Positions 51,553 through 64,000 of a DNA stretch of 64,000 nt are shown in pieces. The stretch's first letter is position 1, and each line of letters starts with the position of its first letter. The stretch is from Ptychomitrium polyphyllum (lineage: Eukaryota): the NCBI GenBank assembly GCA_973851085.1, contig OZ316775.1:18414001-18478000 (forward strand), in the 5' to 3' direction. A program made the translations under genes and the position numbers. Below the pieces are notes generated by a model. It saw nothing but the letters and a program-made list of their open reading frames with translations. It was not told the origin of the DNA and searched no databases.

Positions 51553-54500
51553 ATATGATGCATTTTTCAACAACACAGATTTATCTTTTTGCAAAGTATA
51601 GCCATCATCATTTGATATAGGTTTCATTTTTAAATAGTACCTTCAAAGAAGCAGGATTATCAAAGGCTTGGATCATTTGAAATTATCACATAAATAAATC
51701 CAATTAGTTATTGTCTAAAAGTACCACCAACTATGCAAATTCTTCTAGTGTTAAATGTATATTTGTTGGAACCTTACAATAAATCATATATATCAAGGAG
51801 GATTATTATTTTGCCTAAAATCAACAAAGAAATGGAGTATGTAGTTGAAGAGATTTTAGATTCATCTATCAAAAATGGACATGTAGAATACCATATACAT
51901 TAGCAAAGATATGGCATAAATGACCGTATATGGAAACCTTTAATGAACATAATACATGCATTTAACAAGGTATACAAATTTCATTAAAGATATTCTCAAA
52001 ATTCAAATTATTAATGATGTATTATGATAAATCAATAGGCATTAGCTTCACAAAGAAGATTTTACCATAGACAAGTATAAGAAGGAAGGAACAATATCTA
52101 ACCTTCAATTGTATGCCGAAATTTCTCCAAAATAAATCATCTTTACATTCTAGCTAGTATATCAAATTTTTGTTTATCATAGATTTGCATGAAAAGTAAT
52201 CGGCCATGCCTTCTCCAACAACAACACCCTTTGAATCAATTCAACTTTTTCAACCTTTAGCTTTGGAAGATTTTAAGCAAGATATAATAGAAGCACTCCA
52301 ATATTGAATGTGATATTGTATAGAAGTATTGATAAGTTATCCTTCATATTCTAGTCTTAATGCAGATACTTGAGCTCTAGTTATCTTATTAGAAGTTAGA
52401 AGATTCACTCATGGAAGATCAAAGATTCTATTTGGAAGATGTTTTAAAGCACTCAATTAAGATGAAATCATAGATTTAGACATTCCAAGAATAGAAGTCT
52501 TGGTAGATAGTCACTAGCATTTCTTGCAAGGGCCAGATGAGACAATGGGCAAAGAATAACAAGTAAAATAAGTTGCTTTTCTTCTTTAATAAATTCTAGA
52601 ATTTTTGAAAATGTGAGAAACAAATTATAAAAAGATTTTTTTGTGGAATTTGTTGCTAAAAGAAGAGGTGATTTTATGGACATAAATCATACAACACAGT
52701 CTTTAGAATATCCTAAAATCTTTTGGTTCATTGTAATAGCTTCTTAAAACCCTTTCAATACTTCCATATCCATTCCACCTTTTTTTTAAAAAATTTAAGA
52801 AGGTTCTAACTCTTTGGAAACATCTTTAAAAAATTCTACTTCTTTTGAAAACTTCTTAATAAGGTTCTATAGACTTTTAGAACATTCTTAAGTTTCATAT
52901 GAAGTTTCTTCAGAAGTATCCAAGAAATACAACCATCATAGTATAAATAGGAAGAAAAATAAGGTATACCTTAATATTACCAATACAAATTGTGGATCAT
53001 ATTTATAGCATGCCTTGTTTCAATTTCGTATCAATTCTTGTTAAGCGGTAGCTCCTTGGAAGCTAATTCTTGGGAACCACTTTGTGTTTGTTTTTTGTTT
53101 CTTGCGTTCTCAACAAATTACATCACCATTATGGCCAATAATAACATATGATTCTAAGGTCATGAAAAACAGTTCCATAACAAAACCTACCTTGCTCCTT
53201 TAAGGTGCAACACACTTTCCTCTCATGTCATATAACCTTGTGTTCATCTATTATTGTCTGAATCAACAATGAACAATGATAGAATTTAGTTTTGTAGAAG
53301 TAGCAACCATCCATTTGCAAAAGAAAAACATGTTTATTTTCCATAAGTAAGGACTACTTTGCATTTATATTGTCCTTCTTTAGACACCATTAATTAATCA
53401 TTGTTAATCAAGATCCACCCATTAAACATTTATTTTACAATACAAAAATACAAACACAGGGTTGATCAAAGACACAAACCATTGACATTGTATCTGATAA
53501 CCAAGCTCTTCTTCAGTTATGTAGTCCAATACAATGTATGGTGCGGCCATTACTGGAGCTGGGTTGCACGCCCTTGTGATACCTCAAGCGTCCTGTCATT
53601 ATGCTTGAAGTAAGTGGATTTCAGCACTCAATTACACCACACGTACAACTTCAGAATAGAAGTCCTGATGAATCCGTTTCAATCACCATTCTAAGGAACA
53701 TTGACATGTAAAGAGTTCTTAATCAACTAAAACCTTCAAAGACACAGACCTCAAAGCTTCAAGATATTTCAACACGGTTCACTACAGCCTGTTTGAATAC
53801 CAACCGCTGTGACAAGTCAATTATTGTTCACCAGATGCTGAACCGCATGTAGAAATTTCCGAGTTTTCGGTCCGTGGAGCTTTCGATAAGTGCCAGATGA
53901 CTTCAAAGTCCGCCTGCATTTCACCAAACATGAAAACACGAAAGGTACATGTGCGTTGGCTGGAGCTGTATTGCGTAAGTTGCAAGGACTTATAATGTGT
54001 TTGCAAGGACAATGCAGTATAGTACAGTACGTACAAGCACTGAAGTTTTGGATTGAGACTTGGTTCTAAGAATCTAGTGGAATCTTTCAGGACAGTTTGC
54101 GCAAAGTAGATCATATTGACGTGTTCTTTGAGGGTGGAAGTTGGAACCAGGTTAATGCGGTGCACATGCCCAACAGCATAGAGGAGTCTCCTCCATTGTT
54201 TCTTTTGTTTGATGCAGGGTCTTCATCTCTGTTGATGTTCATTGAGAAGTGGGGTCTTCATAAAGTAGTGTACAGTAATAGCTGATTACATCTGTGGAGA
54301 TGGTGTTGTGATCGATTCACCATGGGGCAGGATTAGGGGATGGTGACGGTTGGGAATTTTTGGAGGTGGAGATGGAGTTGGGCTCGCTTGGTTGTGTACA
54401 CAAGCGATCCAAGAGTGGAAATTCGTTTGGTTGTAGAGTGATGGCAAACACCACAAACATTCGGAGGCCTCTTCGACTCATGTGCTGTCATGGAAGAATT

Positions 54501-54624
54501 CACTCTGCAGATAGAGAGCCCATTAGTTAGAGGTAACGTACTACTTCACTTACACTAGTCCAGCCAAATATCCTTCCAGGAAAAAAAGATATTAGTTTTC
54601 GAAGTCTCTTGTGCTTCAGCAACG

Positions 54625-56742
54625 ATGGCCATTTACCGCACAGAAATTTTCATCTTGGTCGTTCATCTTGCGTTCCTTTCTCTCGTCAGTGGCGACATTA
54701 TCGCGCGGACTCCCCTGGAGCCTCCTCAGGGCATGAGATGCTTAGACGAATGCCAGATTCTCGACAACGGAACCCTAGTGATAATAAACATCACGAACCC
54801 CAAGCAGGCTGTAGCGGGGGTCGCGTATTCCACACTGCCTGTGAGGATGAAGGATCCTGCAACACGAACAGCGGCGTCCTTCAATACCAGCTTTACTTTC
54901 CGAGAGGAGCCTGAGAGCTACAATGTTTCAGACCCCAGGAATTGGAGGCGCGGTGATGGCTTTACCTTTGCAATTGTGAATTTGAGCAGCTGGGTGGGTG
55001 GACCGGCTGGGCGTTTGGGCATGTTTAAAGACTTCGAGCAGCCGAAAGTGGTTGCTGTAGAGTTTGACAACTGGAAAAATGTGGATACTGATACCGAGCC
55101 TGATGAGCATGTGGGTGTGGATATTGCAAGTGCGATGTCTATCCCCAATTGCACTGCCCTTGTCGAACCGCTAGGGTTTTCTCTCTGGAAAAGGGATATC
55201 CTGTATTCATGGATTGAGTATGATGGTACTACAAACATATTGCAGGTCAGAGTGGCGAATATCTCTTCCAGGCCAGTAAACCCTATTGTGAGCTGCACCC
55301 ATGATCTCTATGATGCACTCGATGAGAGGATGTGGATTGGATTCTCGGGTGCACATGGAGACGCCTGGTCTGTATACTATATCTACAACTGGACATTCAC
55401 AAGCTTTGGGATTTCAGGTGAATTCTCCTCTGTCCCATCTAGCAAGCCGAAGTTGAACATTAGGCTCATCGTGGGGGTCAGTGGGGGAGCCTTGCTGGCG
55501 CTTGTAATTGTCATAGTTGGTGCCTGTGTATGTTTGCGGAGGAAACGTGCCCAAGAGAAAGCTTGGAATAACGAAGGAATGTTGGAAATGGCGGCTATGC
55601 CCGAGTTCATCAGCTACAAACACCTCAGCGTTGCTACAAAACAATTCAGCGATCAGTCAAAGCTAGGAGAAGGTGGGTTTGGGAGTGTGTACAGAGGTGT
55701 TTTGCCTACGACGGGAGCGCATGTGGCAGTGAAGAAGGTGAGCAGTGACTCCAGACAGGGGGAGAAGGAGTTTCTAGCGGAGGTGCAGATCATCAGCCAG
55801 TTGAGGCATCGCAATGTGGTGGAGCTGGTGGGATTCTGCAGAGATAGAGGCAAGTTCCTGCTGGTGTACGAGCTGCTGCCCAGAGGCAGTCTGGATCAAG
55901 CTCTGTTCAAACCTAAATCCCGAGAGGATGTGCTGTCATGGAGCCAGAGATGGAAGATTATGTCCGGCACCGCAGCAGCCCTGCACTACCTGCACGAAGG
56001 ATGGCGGCAGCAAGTGATACACCGTGACGTGAAGTCGAGCAACATCATGCTAGATGATGAGTACAACCCAAAGCTGGGAGACTTTGGGCTTGCGCGTCTT
56101 GTTGATCACCAGAAGAACGCAGCAACCACAACGGTTGGCGGCACCTACGGATATGTTGCTCCAGAGGCCTCAGGTGGAAAATTCACAGACAAGACAGACG
56201 TGTATGCATTCGGTGCAGTTGCTTTGGAACTTGCTTGTGGTAGAAAGGCCTTTGCCGGTAGTGCGGAAGAAGATGACATGCTTTTGGTGGACATGGTCTG
56301 GAGACGCTTGAAAGAGGGTAACCTACTCAGTGTTGTCGATTCTCGGTTGAAGGGGCATTACAATGAAAAAGAAATAGAAGTGCTTTTACTATTAGGTCTG
56401 CTTTGTTCACATCCCAGTCCCGCAGCTCGCCCGTGCATGAGGCAAGTAGTGCAAGTGCTGGCTGGAGAGGCTCCTCTGCCTCCTGTACCGGCTTCAAAGC
56501 CTGAACCGGTGTTCTCAGCAGATTTAGTGTCTATATACAAACGCAAACTGAGCAGCCCTAGATTACGTACCAAATCTAGTCTTCTGAGATCAGGAAGTGA
56601 ACACTTCAAAAGTACACCGTTTGACGGTGAGCATTCTTCTGTGACTATAGACACCGGAATGACTGGTTCCGTGTCTTCCTTTCCTTCGGATTCTAGTAGT
56701 AATCCGGATATGTATTCGCTTAGCTTATTGAAAGCAAATTGA
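54625..56742 (+). CDS. L-type (legume) lectin receptor-like kinase, 705 aa, intronless
   Basis: Signal peptide; lectin motifs GDGFTF, VVAVEFD, HVGVDI, WIEYDG, MWIGFSG; TM then RRKR; RD kinase GEGGFG, VAVKK, HRDVKSSN, DFG, APE. Confidence 0.97.
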   Translation: MAIYRTEIFILVVHLAFLSLVSGDIIARTPLEPPQGMRCLDECQILDNGTLVIINITNPKQAVAGVAYSTLPVRMKDPATRTAASFNTSFTFREEPESYNVSDPRNWRRGDGFTFAIVNLSSWVGGPAGRLGMFKDFEQPKVVAVEFDNWKNVDTDTEPDEHVGVDIASAMSIPNCTALVEPLGFSLWKRDILYSWIEYDGTTNILQVRVANISSRPVNPIVSCTHDLYDALDERMWIGFSGAHGDAWSVYYIYNWTFTSFGISGEFSSVPSSKPKLNIRLIVGVSGGALLALVIVIVGACVCLRRKRAQEKAWNNEGMLEMAAMPEFISYKHLSVATKQFSDQSKLGEGGFGSVYRGVLPTTGAHVAVKKVSSDSRQGEKEFLAEVQIISQLRHRNVVELVGFCRDRGKFLLVYELLPRGSLDQALFKPKSREDVLSWSQRWKIMSGTAAALHYLHEGWRQQVIHRDVKSSNIMLDDEYNPKLGDFGLARLVDHQKNAATTTVGGTYGYVAPEASGGKFTDKTDVYAFGAVALELACGRKAFAGSAEEDDMLLVDMVWRRLKEGNLLSVVDSRLKGHYNEKEIEVLLLLGLLCSHPSPAARPCMRQVVQVLAGEAPLPPVPASKPEPVFSADLVSIYKRKLSSPRLRTKSSLLRSGSEHFKSTPFDGEHSSVTIDTGMTGSVSSFPSDSSSNPDMYSLSLLKAN

Positions 56743-59700
56743 TGCAAGTTGTATACGAACCTAACAGGTTTATTGCTGTGAATGAGGGTGGTTATTGATT
56801 ATGGTTTCGAGTTGCCAGCATTGCAGGGTGATGGATTTGTACTCCACTAAACCATAATATTGTCCGGAGTTTTACAAACCATGATGATCTATTATTCTCT
56901 TCTGTATCTGATAGGAAGTAACTACCAACTCTGAGTCCCAAGTTTTGCAATGCGTACGTTGCTGGTGGTGTAATCAAGCTGCAAGTGATTAGTGCTACGT
57001 TCTACTGTAGTGGAGGACAACAGAAGAGGGCGTGAAGTTTTAATGCTCAAAGTGAAGGAATCCAGGATTCCATTGATGTTAGTGGATTGCAGAAATGCTG
57101 GTGAAATCCAGGAACTGAGAAGGGGTTCGAACAGAACATAAGAAGAACTATGCGAAAGGGGATTATCATGGCTCATTTATTTGTCATCACTTCTCTCGGA
57201 ATACTGATTACCAGTGTCGGTTTTGCAAGGATGTGAAGGTTTGTTATACGACGTGCTGTAGTGAATTTGAGCTTCAACAACTTGCGAGATTGAATCTACA
57301 GGCTGTGCATCAGTAGTAGGTATGGTTATGAACCGAATTACATTTATGATTTGATCAGGCCCCACCCTCTGCTCCAAATTTTGTCAAATATTGTTTCTAT
57401 GTCCTCAACTGCCATCCATATTGTATTTTTAGTTTGGCGTCATAGTCAACTTGAAGGTCTCTGACTAATGAGCCTGCTCTATTAGGTTCACGAGCTCTAC
57501 TCGTATGCTTAGAAACATGTAGACATCATGTAGGACTGCAAATAGTGCTGGCTATAATTATGTACGTTGCATACGAATTCGAACGCAATAGTCACTAAGA
57601 AAGATGGAGGAAGGGAGCTTCTGGACAAATCAAGTTACTACCTAAAGGATATGACCCTGGTAAATGGGATGACGAGTTCTCCAAACTTTAAAGCAAACAG
57701 AAAGCTCTTTTCTACTATGTATTTTAACTCCATAGTTGTGAATAACTGATGCCTTCTATGCACAAAGAGGACCTCCGATCCATAAGTGGGATCCAGTGTT
57801 GACTGCAGTCATCGTTTGAGTTACCTAAGTAGTGGCCGGATACTCGATATACGGAAAACAATTCTAGTTATATTTCTACCGAACTAGAATTCTGATTCAA
57901 GACAAACTTATTATTTGGCAATGGATCTATGTAGTACATGGCAGAGTGGACTTATCCTTGTGCTGTGGAGTCAGGTTTATGTGGGTGCAGCCAAGTTCAT
58001 GATCAAAGCGACTGGGTCGTCCTACTTCAATCAGAATCCAAATCATGCACTTCAATGGCAAGTAAATAAGCGAAATGTTTCAGTTCATTTTATGCTCAAT
58101 CCAGTCAAGTTATTTGTTTCTGGGAACTCGTGCCATCACATACTCACTGCTGTTTGATGGCTGGTGGTTCTGTAAACATTGACAGTAGTCTCAGGCAATG
58201 ATCAGCGCATGAGGAAGGTTATCAGTACCGCTTTAAAGTTTTGGCCCTTGCAAGCAGGAGCTCATCTATCTCCGGCATCTGCATGATAACCACTGCGATT
58301 TAATGACCATAACAAATGCACTTGGAATCTGGACCCGTCATTTCACATCTCGGCAATCCAAAGAGCTGACACTACAGAGATTCCATGTTAAAGTCTGGAT
58401 ATGGGCTCCTGTGAAATCATTAGGCAAAGAGTTTTGGACTAGCTAATCCTAACAAGGGGAGTGAAAGAGTAAATTAGTCCAAAATATCTTTTCTCAAGGT
58501 GATTCGACATGTTATAGTTTATCATCACAAATTAGCCCTAATTTTTAGGCAGACTACATAGATACTATTGTGAAATAATCACAACCATGCACCTCGGGAC
58601 AAATTAATTCTCTCCTTCACTTGAAGGTTAGCCAAATTTTAATAAATTGGTTAATTGGCATTCAACCCAAAGAAAGCATTATTGGACTTTGAAGTGTTTA
58701 GCCCCTCAAAGTATAATTTGAGGGCTTGTGTTGTACATCAGTACACTAAAAAGTATAATATTTTTGAATACTATTGAATGTTTTACTTTCTTTTAAAAAG
58801 TAAGGAATTGTATAGTTGAATTTCAATAAATGCTATGTGCTACAATTTGATCCTAATATACACAGGAATAAAATTATAAATACAACATTCTTTAGCTGGA
58901 TGATCCTTCTCCATGGTCAACAATACTAGAACAGTATTCCACTTCTTCCAGTCAAGGACGTTACCTCCTTCAAGAGTGTAAGAGTCATGCATTAGCATTG
59001 CAGATTTTCCACCCACTTGCCTAACACTTCGTTGACCTACAATGACATGTTCTTCTTGACATTCTCTCAAATCTGTCGTTCCTTTATGACTTTTCCTCTC
59101 CTTTCTTTTTCATTTCTAAAAACTTATTTACTTACTCTCATCCTGGCTCGGTTTCCTACAGAGCCAAGATCTTTCCTTGGACTGGTAGATATGGTTGATC
59201 GTGGGTTTCCGATTGCTCTGCGATCAGAAATTCCTTTCCATGTGTTAAGCTTGGGGTTCATCCAACGTAATCTGTTCCGTTTTGCAGTGTAACAGCAAAA
59301 GATAAGATAATCATGATAAAAACGATGAATGCCAACTGTGGTGATTAGTTCTACAAGAAAGACGGTAGTAGGTAGCCATTGTTCGTAGACCTCGGAGCTC
59401 AAAATTCGCTGAACGAGTGTAGACTGTCAGAGGCTCAATGATTGTCCACTTGCTCGGTTTCCACTTGCGCAAACATGTCCTGGTTCGGTACACCACCGAT
59501 CTTAGTCTCTTGTCTCTCTCTCTCTCAACATGCACTCTGCCGCTGGAGTTCTCTGGGGACACCCGGAGAACACCCCTGCTTCACTCATTTGGTGAAAATG
59601 ACTTCCTGAACGTTGGGTTCAAGAGGTATCTGTTAGGCTCCAGAGTGTCCGTGTTCCGATTTGCTAGTTGAAGATGTGGAACGTGCTGAAAGAACGGTAC

Positions 59701-60280
59701 GTTTGTGGACAAGGGTAGGCTCAGATTTGACAGGCTATGTAGTTGGGGCGATCCGCTTCCAAGTGAGGAGATCGCACCTTGTTGAAGGGCTGCTTCAAGG
59801 GGACAAGGGACAAGCTTAGATGGAGGTAGGCCAATTTCTGCCACTAACACATTGAAGTCAAATGAGCGACTTTTGTATCTCAGTTGCTCTTTATCTATTG
59901 CGAGCTTTCTTGAATCTTGCTGTTTCTATCTCAAGTCCGTCTGTCATGCAACTCTTGCCCAAATTGTGAAATTGTCTCTAGTGTGTACTGATGTGGAATG
60001 GGCATCCTTTTCCTTTACGCTGGATTTGAGCTATTTTTATCTGTTAATAAATCTAACGTTGGTTGCAGATTCTGTATTCCATCTTTCTGCAGATCTGCTT
60101 GTATGATGGTTAGACTGACGAGCTTATGCAAACATTCGGACTCAGAGCCAAGGTTGAGAGGCACAAGCTACGTCACTCTTGTGATCAGTCTAGCCGGAGA
60201 CCCCTCGGAGTTGAAATTCCTTATCTGTCAGTACTTTTTAGGGTGTCAAATCCGTCGCAGTATATAGAAATTGTACAGCA

Positions 60281-62359
60281 ATGATGGCAACTTCCCGCAA
60301 TGTATTGCTGCTCATGCTCATTTGTGCGTTCTTTGTTGCTGTTACTAGCAACTTCACCATAAACAACGCTCCCCTGATGAAGAGTGAGATAGATTGCCTG
60401 GACGAATGTCAGTTTTTTGAAGACAACCAAACTATATCCATAATCAACATTACAAACCCCAAGCAAGCTGTCAAGGGAGTCGCCTATTACACCACACCCG
60501 TACGAATGAAGGACCCAGCGACACGAAAAGTGGCATCCTTCGAGACCAGCTTCACCTTCCGTGAAGAACCCATGAACTACAGCGCAACAGCTACACCTGA
60601 GCAGATGAGGTATTTCAAGAGAGGAGATGGCTTCACCTTCCTGATGTCCAACTCAAACAGCTGGAAGAGCGAACCAGCCGGGCGTTTCGGCGTCTTTAGC
60701 ATTAGCTCTGGTGATAATTCCAGAGTCGTTGCAATAGAGTATGACAGTTGGAGTAGTGATGATACCGATCCTGGCTTGCTGCAGGCAGAACATGTGGGTC
60801 TGGATGTTGCAAGTGCCATCTCTAAATCCGAGTGTTTTGCCTATATTTACAACACGACAGGCATAACTTACTGGCACAGGGATGTGCTCTATTCCTGGAT
60901 TAACTATGACGGCACAACAAACAATCTGCAGATCAGATTGGCAAACACCTCTTCCAAACCACTGAATCCTCTTGTGAATTGCACGTATGATCTTTATGAT
61001 GCAGTGGACGAGAGGATGTGGATTGGATTCTCGGGTGCACATGGAGACGCCTGGTCTGTATACTATATCTACAACTGGACATTCACAAGCTTTGGGATTT
61101 CAGGTGAATTCTCCTCTGCCCAGTCGAAACTGTGGCTCATTGTGGGCGTCTGCGGAGGACTTTTGCTGGCATTTATAGTTGTCGCAGTTAGTGTTTTTGT
61201 ATTTCTGCGGAAGAAACGTGCACAAGAGAAAGCTTGGAATAACGAAGGAATGTTGGAAATGGCGGCTATGCCCGAGTTCATCAGCTACAAACACCTCAGC
61301 GTTGCTACAAAACAATTCAGCGATCAGTCAAAGCTAGGAGAAGGTGGGTTTGGGAGTGTGTACAGAGGTGTTTTGCCTAAGACGGGGGCTCAAGTGGCAG
61401 TGAAGAAGGTGAGCAGTGACTCCAGACAGGGGGAGAAGGAGTTTCTAGCGGAGGTGCAGATCATCAGCCAGTTGAGGCATCGCAATGTGGTGGAGCTGGT
61501 GGGATTCTGCAGAGATAGAGGCAAGTTCCTGCTGGTGTACGAGCTGCTGCCCAGAGGCAGTCTGGATCAAGCTCTGTTCAAACCTAAATCCCGAGAGGAT
61601 GTGCTGTCATGGAGCCAGAGATGGAAGATTATGTCCGGCACCGCAGCAGCCCTGCACTACCTGCACGAAGGATGGCGGCAGCAAGTGATACACCGTGACG
61701 TGAAGTCGAGCAACATCATGCTAGATGATGAGTACAACCCAAAGCTGGGAGACTTTGGGCTTGCGCGTCTTGTGGACCATGAGAAGCATGCCGCAACCAC
61801 AATGGTTGCTGGAACGTACGGATACATTGCTCCTGAGGCCGCAGGCACCGGAAAATTCACAGACAAGACAGACGTGTTCGCTTTTGGTGCCGTTTGCTTG
61901 GAGCTCGCTTGCGGCCGAAAGGCTTACGATGGAAACGTGATGAATAATGATGACATGCTTTTGGTGGACTTGGTATGGAGACACTTCAATGAGAATGGAT
62001 CTCTACTTAGTGTAGCAGATGCATTATTGCTGAAGCAGTTTGATGTTGAGCAAATGTACATTGTCCTGAAACTGGGTTTGCTTTGCTCGCACCCGGACCC
62101 TTCTTCTCGTCCTACTATGCGACAGGTAGTACAGGTGTTGGCTGGGGATGCAGAATTTCCTGATGTGCCGGAGTCAAAGCCAAAGGTACACATGGGATCA
62201 GAGAGGTCTCCGCTGTCTGTAGTCGATCTACGGAGCTCCAGATCCAGTACACAAAGTTCAAAATCAGGTAGCAAGCACCCTGTATCATTAACCTCCATGT
62301 CTGCGTCTGTACCTCTCTCCAACTCAATTAGTTTTGGTACGGCATTGTATCCTAGATAA
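60281..62359 (+). CDS. L-type lectin receptor-like kinase, 692 aa, tandem paralog
   Basis: Same architecture. Start context CAGCAATGATGGC vs CAGCAACGATGGC shows ATG 60284 is the start homologous to gene 1. Confidence 0.97.
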   Translation: MMATSRNVLLLMLICAFFVAVTSNFTINNAPLMKSEIDCLDECQFFEDNQTISIINITNPKQAVKGVAYYTTPVRMKDPATRKVASFETSFTFREEPMNYSATATPEQMRYFKRGDGFTFLMSNSNSWKSEPAGRFGVFSISSGDNSRVVAIEYDSWSSDDTDPGLLQAEHVGLDVASAISKSECFAYIYNTTGITYWHRDVLYSWINYDGTTNNLQIRLANTSSKPLNPLVNCTYDLYDAVDERMWIGFSGAHGDAWSVYYIYNWTFTSFGISGEFSSAQSKLWLIVGVCGGLLLAFIVVAVSVFVFLRKKRAQEKAWNNEGMLEMAAMPEFISYKHLSVATKQFSDQSKLGEGGFGSVYRGVLPKTGAQVAVKKVSSDSRQGEKEFLAEVQIISQLRHRNVVELVGFCRDRGKFLLVYELLPRGSLDQALFKPKSREDVLSWSQRWKIMSGTAAALHYLHEGWRQQVIHRDVKSSNIMLDDEYNPKLGDFGLARLVDHEKHAATTMVAGTYGYIAPEAAGTGKFTDKTDVFAFGAVCLELACGRKAYDGNVMNNDDMLLVDLVWRHFNENGSLLSVADALLLKQFDVEQMYIVLKLGLLCSHPDPSSRPTMRQVVQVLAGDAEFPDVPESKPKVHMGSERSPLSVVDLRSSRSSTQSSKSGSKHPVSLTSMSASVPLSNSISFGTALYPR

Positions 62360-64000
62360 CGTATACCGGAATCTTTCCAAGCGTGGGCCCATCTCCCATT
62401 TACAGGTGTGGAGCTTGTTCTTGTGAAATGTAACCTATTGTTTTAGTAGTTCATTTGTAATGTGAATCGTTTGCTTCGTATTTTGTGGAATGATTTAGAG
62501 GCTTTTCCAACTGAAACAGTATGGTTTCTAGACTCGTTACTGTAGAGTTTGCTCTGTTTCTAGAGCTCCTTAGGGTTTGCATTTTAAGGTGAAACAAATC
62601 AAGCACTTGCCAGTTTTGTAGGAATACGTCTGCTGTGGCCGGAAGTGGCTGTCAAGTTTCGATGGCACAGTTTCAGAATAATCGTATACAGGCTAGTGCT
62701 TTCAAGCTTGGGACAGATTAACATGTGACATTACTAAAGATAGAACATAGTTTTTATCTCTGGTATTCTTGTTTTTATGAAAGATCCTGACTATGGATAA
62801 TTTAGAATAGAGGTACTGAGTCATTTGCTGAGAATCCAGTAGGGTCATGGTTGGATATACGTTCTGTTCTCCCCTGGCTTAAATCCTTGGTCTCATTCTT
62901 CTTGTTTCAAATTGTGCTCTGTTGTGCATTCGATTGTTAAACCTTTATAACGGTTTTTCACTGAAGGTCTGATTTATTCTGTTGAAGGTTGAGGTTCCTG
63001 TTTGAATTTGGGCTTAGCAAGACTCCCTGAAGGCAAAGCTGAACGAGGATTTTATTGGTTAGGATTGAAGTTAGTTGCAAAATACTTAGCAGGTACAATT
63101 CGATTCACCAGTTGCTAGAAAAATTCAGCTCAGGACCAATTTATTCTGGGAATTCTAGGAATTATAAGTTTTAGAATGTCTAACAGGCACTATTTGACGT
63201 CTGACCCCAGATTATGCCAAGTTGAGATGAATCAGTCCTTCGTAGTGCCATGTACACTACCTCATTTCATATTGCGTTTTCAAATAAGACTGCGAACAGT
63301 CAGTTGTATCGTCTGAGTGGAGGCATGTCGATGCAGTAATCCTATATACAAAGCCCTTGTTGAAGCCATAAATTCAGCAGAGCCATACCCTACAATAAAA
63401 TGATTGTACACTACTTAAGTTTGTGGAGTACTCATGACACAGCAAGATTTTATTACAATTAACACATGAATGCAAGTGGCAATAAGTAACGTCAGCCATG
63501 TAGCGATCTCAAAGACTTGGAACCCATCCATCATTGCGTTCACAGCATGATGCGACCATATTCCATTTATATTTCAGAGGTAGAAATTTCTTCTCTTTAT
63601 TGGATTCAAATAGCAAATGATTCTAATCAATTTTCACTTCCAAATCTGGGTTTCACCTATACATGACCATCACTATGGTGTCGACGCCTACACATGTACT
63701 CGAACAGAGCGGAAAATCATACTTCTCGTCGTTGTGTTTGTTCTTCATGAACAGGACTTGAGGAAGTACACTCTACGACTTGAGAGAGTACGATATCGAG
63801 TTTTTTTCACCTTGAACGCAACTGTTTCATCCGTTGAATCGTATTTCAACACAATGAAATGAAAATCCTCTCCCACGCTGCCTTCGCCCTGCAAAGGACA
63901 ATTATTTTAGTAGGACAATTAACAGGAGCAGCTGCAAGGAAACATCAATCTACAGACTACACCATTGAACGGATGATATTCAAACGGATTTTGGTAGAAA

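Larger units (their letters stand above)
17539..53115 (+). mobile_element. Element A: old Tcn1-like Ty3/gypsy chromovirus, outermost layer of the nest
   Basis: 5' LTR about 17539-17921 (..CATAAATC..CTTAACA). 3' LTR 52672-53115 after PPT AAAAGAAGAGGTGA. Flanks ATTTA/AATTA (4/5 TSD). Relics in order: gag about 18360-18895 (EPKINMLDKYD), zinc knuckle about 20590-20650, protease AFLDTSTSACF about 20850, integrase C-terminus and chromodomain (EYVVEEILDS) about 51640-52010. Confidence 0.75.

Noticed and set aside
56800..60200. Short ORFs between the LecRKs, including RSFLGLV near 59170
   Set aside because: No convincing domain or exon structure; a single gypsy-like heptapeptide is insufficient.
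54918..62327. Antisense and alternate-frame ORFs over the LecRK genes
   Set aside because: Shadow ORFs; their duplication reflects the conversion tracts.

Overview
Eukaryotic nuclear DNA from a non-seed plant; the transposon and gene types suggest the moss Physcomitrium patens (inference, not checked). Left (1-8.1 kb): a disabled C2H2 zinc-finger gene, then a spliced gene encoding a HARE-HTH-like winged helix and a degenerate WRC-like finger that is out of frame. 8.1-17.5 kb: very AT-rich decayed DNA containing an apparently perfect 844-bp inverted repeat (8706-9549 / 13573-14416). It is flanked by a 6-bp direct repeat and each arm carries a plastid ndhA fragment. 17.5-53.1 kb: a 35.6-kb near-concentric nest of LTR retrotransposons, 7-8 layers deep (Tcn1-like and Galadriel-like Ty3/gypsy chromoviruses, three Ty1/copia elements, solo LTRs); several layers are delimited by TSDs and three priming modes are visible. 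Right (54.6-62.4 kb): two tandem intronless L-type lectin receptor kinase genes with patchwork gene-conversion tracts. No CRISPR array, rRNA or tRNA gene was recognised. All alignments were done by eye; edges of old elements are approximate.
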